DNA of 63,992 bases, counting the filler, from Sphacelaria rigidula (lineage: Eukaryota): the NCBI GenBank assembly GCA_964200075.2. It is 3 parts of 3 records of this genome, joined end to end, with 100 filler letters (N's around TTAATTAATTAA, not from the genome) between each part and the next. Parts side by side here need not be neighbours in the genome. Positions count along the whole stretch, not along the records: positions 43,424 to 63,992 come from CAXNAA020000516.1; 2 more parts are not named here. One strand, written 5' to 3'. Shown here one piece after another: positions 50,891-61,560 of the stretch. How positions within the stretch are numbered: position 1 is the stretch's first letter; each line of letters opens with the position of its first letter. The notes below the pieces were generated by a model that was not told where the DNA came from, did no database searches, and was given only the letters and a program-made list of their open reading frames with translations. Made by a program: the position numbers and the translations under genes.

Positions 50891-53209
50891 TCAGGCTTGG
50901 AACTCTACTTCAACTGCGTGCATTTCCCATTCATGAAATACGAACGCCTCCTGTCCTCGTTGATGGTGGGTACGAAAGCACTGCCTATTCTCCCCTTTTC
51001 TAGATACAAGCTTGGAAAGTACAACTGCTTCTGTGAGCATAGGGTACCACGACGCCGGTCTCGCTGGAACCACTACCATCGCACGGGCGTGGCAATCTGC
51101 GATGTGCTGAAGCACTACTCCGACCATCACCGGGGGCGGGAAACAAAACCCGAAGCATGGCTGCGTCCGATATGACGAGCGGCTAACGTCATAGCTAAGG
51201 ACGTCTACCCCGTGTGATCCTGCTGTATGATACCTCGAGTAAAAAGGCAGAGCTGTTCCTCCACCCGGTGCATTCATTGGAATCTTTTGGGCTGATGCTG
51301 TGGATGGCATGAGGTCCATGTCGAACCCACCCCACTCAAACCATAACTGGTCAAAATATTCTGCTCTCAGTCGCACGTGCTCGTTGGCCCCTGGTCTTGA
51401 GAGGCTGTCTGCCTCTGAGTTCGTCTTTGAGTCTACCCATCGTAACGTGAGTGTGAAGTCTGGTCTGATTTGCATCCAGAAGAGCTGTTGGATGAGGGTG
51501 TGCATGCGTTCATCCCTGGTCTTACTTTTCTTGAAGGCGTGGTACATGGTTTTGTTGTCGACATCTAGTGACTGACTAGTCACCGCCACTTGATCAGCTT
51601 GCTCTAAGCAGAACAGTCTAAGGGCCTCGTGCAGTGCGAACGTTTCCTTGACATTGATGTGTGCTGTCACCCATTCGGCGGGAAAATCGGCGGCCGCTGT
51701 AAAGGCGACGCCAGGGGGGCCTCGAACAATGCCCCCCCATGCAAGTGAGGAGGCATCTGTGGCGCCGTTTATGGCGATGATGTGGCGACCAGGGCTGTAC
51801 CAGGCCGCCCCATTCATGTTGTCTCGGAGTTTCCGCCATGTAGCTATCTCGTTTCGAATATCACCATTGACAGAGAGCGCTACCGTTGCTGTGATATGTT
51901 TTCCTCTCGTTTTTCTGTATATCGCGATCTGTTTGTACATGTGAAACGTGTACAAGCTGGCTGCTGGTACTGCAACTGGGATGCTTGTGCACTTCCCCGC
52001 CAGCTTCCCAAGCATGGTGAACGTGATGGTTCCGGTAGCAAGGGCGTCGTCCAAGATGCGCTTTAACTTGACGAGCTTATCTTCGGGGACTTCGAACCGG
52101 CAGTTGTCTGTGTCGAACAGAATTCCCAAGAACATAATTTTCGTAGTGGGTTTTAGCTGGCATTCCGAGATGGACATGAAGTATCCACAGTGATAGAAGA
52201 CTGACAGCGCCACGAGGGCTGCTGAGCTTGCTGCCTGTTTCTGCGTGTTAGATGGGTCATGTTTTGTCGAGCGGACTCCCGTCAGTCAGAAATTGTCGAT
52301 CCACGCCAGTACTGGTACATGTCGGGATCGTAGGTATTGTGCCACCGCCTCGCTCAGGGTGTGGTAGATGTAGGGGGAACTGCACCAACCAAAACAGAGG
52401 ACAGCCCAGACGTAATATTCGCCCTTCCACTGAACACCGAAGTATTCCCATGATGTGGGGTCGAGGGGCACATGGTGAAAACCTGATTTGTTGTCCATCG
52501 TAACCTGGTAAGCGCCTTGCCACGAGCATTGGGCCACCTTTCCTACTCCGTCCATCTTGAACGGCATATCCTTGCACATGAGGTTCAGCCAACGGCCGTC
52601 CCAGATTGATCGTGGTTTCGACGGTTCTACTCCGAGCGGGAGTGACGTGCGTGGCTAGGGTTGTGCGTGAACGTCAGCTATCTCCGCCCATCGCACCGCG
52701 CGGCCTTTATCGACAGGTTTTCTGATCTCGCAGTCGACAAACAGTTCGTGTTCTGGATTCACGTGGTTGGGTAACTCCACACCCGTGAGGTCGGCGCCGT
52801 GAAAGAGGCGTCCTTAGAAACTTCCTGTCGTTGATTTGTCGACGAATGTGTGTATGTCCACACCGTTAATCCACGACAATAACAAGTCGGGTTGCATGTG
52901 GTCCTTTAGAATGACCTCTTTCCAGAACGGGACTGCCGTGCTCAGATGTCCTGGAACAAAGTCTTTCTCGTTGTATATGGGGGCTTGTCCCGGGGCTTGG
53001 GGCGGTTCTCCTGATTCCCAGCCTTCCTGGATCTGGTTCGCAGAGGGATCCTGGATCATGCACTCGCTATGGGCTGAAGCTCGATTCCCTTGTATATCCG
53101 TTTGGTCCGTACAAAAATATGTATGCACCGCGTTCGTACGTCTGGATCTTTCTGCCAGAAACGCTATCAGGCCTGGTTGGTCCTGTAGACGCGTATAGCA
53201 AACAATCAA
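50891..53209 (-). pseudogene. pol: reverse transcriptase + RNase H + Dam-like methyltransferase domain
   Basis: One frame with stops at 52814, 52655 and 52286. RT motifs KPRSIWDGRWLN, DNKSGFHHV, LCFGWCSSP, WIDNF, FLGILFD; RNase H motifs TDAS, HINVKE, VDN, ADSLSR; methylase-like DMDLM..FYSRY..DVL..FCFPPP..VVVP. Confidence 0.92.
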
Positions 53210-54022
53210 ATAAAAAATCGTTGGACGGACGTGTCGTGTATGTATAGATATTTTGGACCCACAGAAATTTCACTGTTTTTTTTTTCCAAAGCGAGCGCTT
53301 CCACGTATCCCACTGCGCACCAGAGTCCAAGCCACGAGTGAAAGCGAGGTTCAAAGGGTTGCAGGCGGGGCATTGGGGCTGCGTTATATCGGATGATGAC
53401 GTTTTCAGATCATCCGGCATTCATTTCATCTTGAGGGTGAACATGACACTTTGGGGTCAACTGTAGTGGACTGGGTTACCGCGGCTTAGTATTCTTTCAA
53501 GTACACATAGGATACAGAGGGTTTAAGAAAGCTGCGCGGGTTGTGGTGTTTCGAGAGGATGGTTTGCAATGTTCGTGTGTTGCGGGGAAAAGTAAAACTC
53601 TCGCTCGGGTATTCTGCAATACAGCGGTGGGTTCGGCCTGTCGCCGAATCGGGCTCCATCATGTGTCGCGTGGTACAAATAACCCGAGCCGAACTCGCCA
53701 TCGGGGCAACAGAGCAGCAAACAGTATTCAATTCATGTGTATTCTATCTCTTGAAAACGGTACGCAAGATATGTCTTGCCTATTAACCTATGAAACAGGA
53801 CATGTGCAGGCTGGAGTCGGCACGTTCCTAGTGTCCTGTGGGGGAAGCTACCACAACCAGGGTGGGGTAACCCTGTACCATCTTAACAAATCAGACTTCA
53901 ATTCTACCATATCATCCGGGGCAGTGCTTAGCGAGGTGTCCGTGTTTTGCGCATTGCCAACAGGCTATCAGCGGGCAGTGAACATATGAATGGTTGGCGG
54001 GTTGACCCGCGTCCGTGCATTT

Positions 54023-54676
54023 TTAGTATTGGGGTGGTGCTCCTGAGCCCCGGCCACTGCCTCTCCCGGGACCCCCTCGGCCTCCTCCTCTACCGCCGAC
54101 CCGAGTATTTCGTTGTCGCCTCCCTCCCCGCCTCCCCGCCGCGTAAGGTTCACTGGGGCTGTAGTGGTTGGCGGCGCCAGAAAATGGCGCCTGCTGGTAG
54201 GGCAGGCGTGGATGAATGGGGGGCGGCTGTACATGGTAAAGTGAGGGTTATTGGGTCGGCGGGCTTAGCAGAGCCCTCGACCCCCCGCCCGCACGAATGT
54301 CTGGGCACCAACCCGGGGCGGTCTCCAGGGCATTGTGCTTGCCGCTCATGGACGTCGCGATCTCCTTGATCTCTGCCCGGAGGGCCTTCCTCGCGGCCGG
54401 CGAGCGCCGGGAGGAGGTGGCACCAAACCGTTTGTTGAAGAGCAGGGCAGTTAACGCCGGCGAGCGACGCGCGAGACTGTCCTCAACATCGTTGCGGAGG
54501 TTCCTCACCCACTCCGTCTCGCGACGGAGTGAGGGCTGCCCCTCGGCCAGCAGCTCCATCGCAGCTAGGTGGGCGAACATGGTGTCGAGTTGATCCGTGA
54601 CTCGCGTGAGGGGCGTGAAGCGTGGATCTTCAAGAGGGTGAGCGTCCGCTGCTGCTTGGCTCATCTTCAGCTCAAA
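54023..54676 (-). pseudogene. gag-like ORF, 3' part (putative exon 2), with RGG-rich tail
   Basis: The frame of ORF 54248..54664 continues past one TAA into PSLYHVQPPP...RVGGRGGGRGGPGRGSGRGSGAPPQY*. Preceded by acceptor-like acactgtag. Confidence 0.65.
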
Positions 54677-55009
54677 CTACAGTGTTGGGGATACAGCATG
54701 GGACGGGTCGGGCGAACGGGTCGTGCGGCTGTTGTTGTGCTGTCGGGCTCTCAGGCTGGATCGGTCTCGCTTTCACGTAGCAGATGTGATGGGCTGGTGT
54801 GCTCACAAACCGCGTGTACAAATGCTGAGTACTGCGCAGGAGCTGTGTCACACAGACTTGGTATGAAGGGGCTGACTGGACGGGTACGAAACACGTCTGA
54901 GCGGGCGGTATGGATGTTATGGGACCGTCAAGTATTGAGTCTGGGTTCAGCGTACTTCAGTTTCCAGGGTTTCTGGCATAACATAGGGCTCTGTGGTGCT
55001 GCGTGGGTA

Positions 55010-55960
55010 AAAGCGAGCGTGTGCTGTGCTTCGCGTCATTCCATGTGTACTGTTACGCTCCCACCTGTACAGTATGGGCGGCTAAGAACTGGGTTGGCGT
55101 GTGTTTGTGCCGGTCCCCGGTTGTACTCGACAGGCGGCTGAAAGCCAGGCGAGCTTGTGCAGTGCCGCGATTCGGTGGCACTGATACTGTGCTACGCTCC
55201 AAAGTGTACTGTATCGGCGGCGAAAGGACGAGCCGAGTGAGCGTGTACTATGTGGTAAGGACTGTACGGGCGTGTACGTCGCGTCATCCGCACGTATACT
55301 GTGCTAACGCCCCCACCTATGCTGTGTGGGCGTCGAACGACTGGGTGGACGTGTGCGTGTGCCGGTCCCACTCTGTACTCTACAGGCGGCTGAAAGCCAT
55401 AAGGACTTGTGCGGTGCCGCATCTCGTCGGCGCTTGTACTGTGCTGCGCTTCCCAGGGTACTGTACCAGCGGCAAAGGGCCGAGGCGGATGGGTGTGGAC
55501 TGTGCTAGAAATACTGTACGGGCGACGGGGTCGGGTAGGTATGAACTGTGCAGCATCCGAATCGATACTGTACTGGCCCGAATCTGTACTGGATGGGCGA
55601 CGACAAACTGGACGTGTACGGAGCCTCCCGAGCCTGCCGTGTACTCGTAATGGTGTACTCATCTGTGCTATCTGGGCTGCGCGTGTACGGTGCTATGTGT
55701 ACTGTACAGTCCATAAGGAGTCGGGCGGGCGTGAACTGTGTTTCACCGGAAGCGATACTGTACTGGCCCGAATCTGTACTGGGTGGGCGACGGCAAACTG
55801 GACGTGTACGGAGCCTCCCGAGCCTGCGGTGTACTCGTAATGGTGTACTCATCTGTGCTATCTGGGCTGCGCGTGTACGGTGCTATGTGTACTGTACAGT
55901 CCACAAGGGGTCGGGCGGGCGTGAACTGTGTTTCATCGGAAGCGATACTGTACTGGCCTA
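55010..55960. repeat. GTAC-rich tandem repeats inside the putative gag intron
   Basis: Two diverged units of about 250 bp (GCCGGTCC at 55109 and 55361), then near-identical 190-bp units starting at 55543, 55733 and 55923 (partial). Confidence 0.85.
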
Positions 55961-57080
55961 AATCGAGATTAGATGGGTGGCAGCAAGTCGAGTGGGCGTG
56001 TACGGTGCACCCCTCTGTGCATTTGTTTTGTTTGTTTGTTTGATTTGTTTTTTTTCTCTCTCGGGGCCGGGGGGGGGAAAGAGAACGAACCAACAGCGAT
56101 GTTGTCGCCAGCCGCGTTTTCAAGGCCGGCGCCTAAGTGCTGCGGTGTAGGCATCTGTACTGATAAGAGACACGGCGTGTGCTGACCGTAGCGCTCGTGC
56201 GCTGTGAAGGTCGCCGGTGGGGCTATTAGACATGTGGCGACGGACCGGGATCAATTACCGGGGAAGTACTGAGGTTAAGTACATGCTAATCAGCAATGTG
56301 AACGCCTCCCAGCGTATTACTAAGTGAGGTATGTCCAGGCAAAGAATATCGTGATCCGAAGGGGTTTCTCCGTGCGAGGGTCATGGAGAGCACGGGAGCT
56401 CCTGGGGCGGTATCGTGAGGAAGGAACGGTGCGTGCTCCGTCAATAGCTACTGGCTGGCAGTACAACCAAGGGGATGTATGAAACGGGTTACGGGTTGGT
56501 GGGTCTGTACGTGCGTGCGGAAAGAAAGGAGAGACCCGCTGTTGTAGGAACTGCGATCTGGCAACATGCGTGTGGGTGGTGAGTGTGCTGAGTACACGAC
56601 GTCGCGAGTGGAAGTGGGACGAGCACCCTGTAATATAGACGTGCTGGTGTGTTATCTCAGAGTTCCCATGTTTCCGTACAAAGTTTGGGCACCATGCTGC
56701 CTTGGGCTATCGGCTTGCGGTGTAGTTGTGCTGTGCGTACCACCTGTGCGGGTTTGCGGGAAGATATATGTGCGGCTACATAGATATCACAGTATCATAG
56801 TGTACATACTGTAATTTGGTGTGAAGTGTGCGGAGAAGTAGAGCTGCCCAAGTTTTCCAGTACAACTGTGTACTTCCTGACTGTAGTTTTGTGTGAGCTA
56901 GGCAGGGCAAATAGCTGCACCTATATTACAGTATAATAGTGTACTGACTCGAATTTGACGGGGCTGCTGTAGCTTATGAGTGTGGTTGGTTGCTGGACAG
57001 TGGGGCGCTATCCTACGGCTGGGAGGCCTCGAATGTACTGTACTGAGCGTGCGTGCCGGGAAGCAAATGGAGAATCTCAC

Positions 57081-57836
57081 CTGACGGCGGGGGTGAATCC
57101 GCGTAAGCAATCGCTCCTCGTCGCTGTCCTCCTCCTCCCCTGCCGAAGCGGCTCCGGCTGCACTCATGTCCGCCCTACCGTGTGTATTTTCTCCCGCGTC
57201 GGAGAGCTCCGGTCCAGCGAACTTTTGGCGCTTGGGTTGGGGGTCCGTCAGATCCACCGGGACATGGGAGGAGGAAGGTGGTCGAGGTGGCAGTGGAGGA
57301 GGGTTTTTTTGGGTTGCTGTGGTAGCGGTGCCGGAGATGGGGGGGAACGCGCCTGGGAAGACGAGGAAATCGCCCACTCTTTTCAACCCGCCGTGGGTAG
57401 TGCCATCGGCTGCCCACAAGTGGTCGACTGCTGCTTTGAGCAAGGCTCGGGGCTGGAGGTCCCCCCGATCGTCGGGGGGAACGCTGACTGCCATGGAGGG
57501 TTGTAAGATGGCTGCGATGTTGATTGACGTGCTTGTCGCGAAAATTTCCGCGCAGACGCACATGAGCTGGTTCATCGGGATCTCGTCCGCGGTGAGACCC
57601 ATCACCGCAATCACCCTCTTTGGGTTTATGGTGAAGACGGGCCCCTGCGTCTCGTAGACTAGCTCGTGCAGAGCGTCTACGGAGAGTATCGCCTCCGGGG
57701 TGGACATGTCCAGCGTGTCGGGGACCATAGGTGGTACGTGATTGGACTGTTGTAGGAGTTTGTAGGTATAGTGTGCGAGAGGAGGGGCCGAGCCCACGTG
57801 CAGCGGGGCGAGCCTTCGTCGTCGGAGCTGTCTCAA
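57081..57836 (-). CDS. gag-like ORF, 5' part (putative exon 1); first ATG at 57728
   Basis: Globular N-terminal region, then Pro-rich, PKRQK and acidic segments. Ends at CAG|GTGAGA. Lies upstream of pol on the same strand. Confidence 0.55.
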
Positions 57837-57989
57837 ATCGGTTCCTGCTTCCCGTGCTGTTTCTCGGTGATCAGGGATCGACGATCAATAAGTAACTGGT
57901 TACGTGTGGTGCTCATATATCACTCTTACTTGGCAGTCCCGTGTCATAACGCCTGCGGCTATATGTAGAACTTCCTGTCAAATGATCCT

Positions 57990-58510
57990 GTATGTATGCG
58001 CGCCGCAAGGCTAATACCCTTGGAAGAGAATTTGCCGCATGCAACAAAGAGGAAAATGGCGACCCACCCTGACCACATAGGACTGTGTGGTAAGGTGATG
58101 GGTGTGATGCGTGAGAGGACCGCGTGCTTAGAGGACCGCGTCGGGAGTTGAACATCCCTTTGATTGGGGTTCGGATTAGGGTTAGTGTTGGGGTTGGGGT
58201 CAGGGATGTGGTCCTCGCAGGGGCTGGCCCGTTGGGTTTGGAAAACTTCGATCCTGAGGTGTTTGGAGCTACGGTGCGGTCGCCCTCTAAGCACTCGGTC
58301 CTCTCACGCATGACAATCGGGACAATAATATCATCCAAAGCCACAAGCGCCGGGCGGCCCGCCGGTCGCCGCATCCTGTTGAAAGCTCCCTACCGCGACC
58401 CATACTGGTTGCAACATCAGATGTACATTGCCAAATGCGCACCCTGCACCTCAAAATAGGTTGGATAAAACTTTCGATCTTCCTCATAACCCTGCGGTTA
58501 CATACGCGGG
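57990..58510 (+). mobile_element. Internal fragment of the piggyBac-like family, interrupted by a MITE
   Basis: Aligns with about 2065-2360 (TTTGCCGCATGCAACAAAG, AAAGCCACAAG, CGCGACCCATACTG, TCATAACCCTGCG). Confidence 0.8.
58103..58315. mobile_element. TGT...ACA MITE (213 bp) with 5-bp target-site duplication
   Basis: TIR TGTGATGCGTGAGAGGACCGCGTGCTTAGAGG. Flanks ATGGG and ATCGG; the empty paralogous site near 2170 has a single ATCGG. Confidence 0.85.
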
Positions 58511-59133
58511 TATAGTACAGTACAATCGAGTACGCTTTGTCGCCAAATGACACCAAGCCATAGGTTTCAGTATAATCGCATGCATGATTGGAGCAGTGGC
58601 AGGGGACAGGAAATCCTGGATTGATTGCCCTTATCCGTGTGCCCCCTTGCTATCTGGCGCGTGATGTGATCTGTTGAGGATCACTCCGTGATAATAACAA
58701 GTGGGAAGAAAGGACTTGTCGAGCACGAGGCCAGTGCTACTGGGGGAGTCTCTCGTTGATAGCCCTCTTGTCCAGATCGTCTGGCAGAGGCTACAATATC
58801 TAGATATTATTATTTGCGGCACGGTGTTGGAGGAGCTTGGCTAGGGAGAGGGGCCGTAGCTGGAAGCAAGCGTGGCCTGCAGTCGGGGAGACCAACTTGA
58901 AGCCAACTTGAGGCGCACAGCATGCAGTGGAGGGCGCTCCGTGGGCTGGAGGACGCAAAGTAAGGCAAGAGTCTCTCCGTGAAGTGGTAAATCCTAGACG
59001 ACATGGCTCAAGAGGCGGCAGTACTGCTGGTGTTGGGTGAGCCACTAGAACCGCCAAAGTATGGCGAAGTCTGGACTGAAGAAGCGTCAAAAGTTTCTTT
59101 GCCAAATATTTCGATTATTTAGAGAGGTTTCAT

Positions 59134-61560
59134 TTGGCCAATGCAACAGGAGTCATAAGGCATGCCAGGGTGAGCATCGGACAACCTCTTCCAACATATA
59201 CTCACAGGAGCTTTGAAGGCAAGAACAAGGACCGTCAGACTATGACCCCCGACGAGTTGGTAGATGCTGTGAAGCAGCATGCCGGGTACACCACAGCCGG
59301 CGGCAAGTATGACACTGCGCGGGCTGCAGCAGACGTACGTAGAGTTCTTACTATACCACAAAGCGGTGGAACATCCGTGAAGGATCGTGCGATGATGGTC
59401 AATTCATCGATGGAAACGTTTTTAGCAGAAACCCTCACGGTGCAAGCCATGTACGTGCGGAGGACAGGAGCTGGTTGCCAGGCCCGACTGAGTCGGTTTC
59501 CACAGCTGTTGTAGACGAGATTTCGCCTCCGGAATTCAAGAGCAATGCTACGGTAGGGGTGCACTTTTTTCGCGAAGTTATGTCTAGTTCAGGGGCTCCT
59601 AACGATTCAAGATGCACAAGAATATGGATCAGGACATCCCCGTTTGCAATTTCATTCGGGAGATCCCCAACACACATCGGAGTAGTAATCATCCTGGCGT
59701 ACTTCCACATATTTTCATACGTCGCGTCTTGGATGAGGTAAAGGGGGCTCCTAACAATTCTAACCTCAGAAAATATTTGTGCACCCCTACCGTAGCATCA
59801 CTCTCAAGGCGTATGTTAGAAGTGTACTAACGTATGTTAATGGCTGGAAAAAGAACCCGACGATGGTGTTCAACAAAATATTTGATGCCGCCGTTCAGTG
59901 GAAGTTTATTGAGGCACATGGCCGGCGCGATTCTGCGGCAAGTTCAGGTAGTGCGTGCCGCAAACAGCAACAGCAACAGAAACAGCAGTCGTTTTCGCGA
60001 GCGTCGTCCATTCGCGCGGGTTACAACTGCAGCGACACCGGATAGCGATTTAAGGATTGCCCCAAGCCTCGCGCTCAAGGCGCTGCTCAAGGAAATGCGC
60101 GAGATTCATCAGGATCTCGATGCGGTCGTCACGGTGGACGGGGCCATGCCAACCAGGGACTCGGGCGCAGCGGCCGCGGTAGCAACCAATCGACGGCGGA
60201 TTGTGGTTCCTTCGCTGCTGTTGCTTCCACTAAGTCATCAGGTGGTGACTCTGGATCTTATGGCTCGTCCGTGTCGGGGCGAACAGTGCACGTAGAAATG
60301 CAAATACTTCTGCGGGGAGTGCTGGAGCGAATAGTTCGCAACCTCTCGGCCAGGCAAGATCCGTGTCTGGTGCATCTCCTACTGCTGCGACTGCTGTAAC
60401 AGCGCCGTCTGCGTATTCGTCGATTGGTCTGGTTGGACCGACGATCCTCAGTTTCGACGTCAAGTGCTGGAGGGCAGCCCTGGCGCTAGATGACTCTTGG
60501 TACCGATCAGGGTTCTTCGGCAGGCGTGGTACCTATCGATCGCAAGGCTGAATTCTTACGCGCAGATCTCTCCTTGCCTGGTTCCGTAGGTTCGTTCATG
60601 GCCCGCGTTATTCTGGATTCTGGGTCCGCGCTCACGTCGATCGGTGTGGGGTTGCCAGAACGAATTTCTTCGCAGTTCGGCGGTGCTCAGCTTCAGATTC
60701 CGTTTAAAAACGGACCGCAAACGGTGAAGACCGCCATGGGTGCTCCCGTGACGGCTACACATAAAACGATGTCGATTACTGTTAGCGTGCGTACGCCGTG
60801 GGGGGCTGTGGAGTTGCGGTCCAACACTTTCGCTGTCATGCCAGGTAGGGACAACGTGGTTCTATTCGGGATGGCGACAATGAAGGAGCTCGGGATTGAT
60901 TTGTACCCGCTGGTGTTGGATACGTCACGCCCGCGTGCTGTGCCGGTGCAAACCGGCGTGGAAAATCCCAGCCATCTTGCTGCAAGGCGTGTGACCGTAT
61001 CCGTACGGTCATTTCAGAGCGCCAATGAGGAGGAGGCTCTTGCGGATAAAGCGGTGGAGCGCTTGGTCGATCGGGGTCCGACATGTTCATGGACTCTGCG
61101 AAGGAGAGAGGTGCAAGAGAGCGTGCACTTGAGGATAGCGTGCAGTAGGCCGAGCAGAAGGGCCTGAGCGCCGATCGCGCCTATCGTCTACGTGATATTT
61201 TGGCTCGTCGCATGGATACATTTTGTCGTGCACTGCGTGGTGATCCGCCAGCGCGCGTAGAGCCCATGAGGGTGCACCTTAAGCCACAGGCAAGGGCGAT
61301 GAAGGCCAAGCCCAGACGTTACGATCCGGTGAAGATCGGGTGGCTTGCCTCATACATCGCAGCTTTGATGGCGTTTGGTTTAGTGGTGAGGAACATCCAG
61401 GCTGTGTGGACGAGTTAGGCGATGGCGGTGCCGAAGAGGGACACATTCCGTCTGGTCAGCGACTATCAGGCGGTGAACGCGCAAGTGTAACAGTCTCCGG
61501 AGGTGATGCAAAGCCAAGAAGACATGCGGGAGTTGCTGGGAGCCCAACGCTTCGGCAAGT
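59134..61560 (+). mobile_element. Degenerate, 3'-truncated Ty3/Gypsy LTR retrotransposon (gag remnant, aspartic protease, start of RT)
   Basis: Protease motif ILDSGSALTSI...VLFG in 60490..61167. RT N-terminus PMRVHLKP..KAKPRRYDP..W.S*AMAVPK..FRLVSDYQAVN, with stops and frameshifts. No LTR pair seen. Confidence 0.85.

Larger units (their letters stand above)
49057..57990 (-). mobile_element. DIRS-type tyrosine-recombinase retrotransposon with ALOG domain, degenerate; exact termini uncertain
   Basis: Minus-strand order gag-like, RT, RNase H, methylase-like, then Zn-ribbon/ALOG/YR. No protease or DDE integrase seen. Confidence 0.9.

Noticed and set aside
49797-54250. RIP-like or methylation-driven hypermutation (stops and WIDD to WIDN all explicable as C>T/G>A)
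   Set aside because: Only a handful of sites, ancestral codons are guessed, and nonsense changes are inherently transition-biased. It would need a copy alignment.
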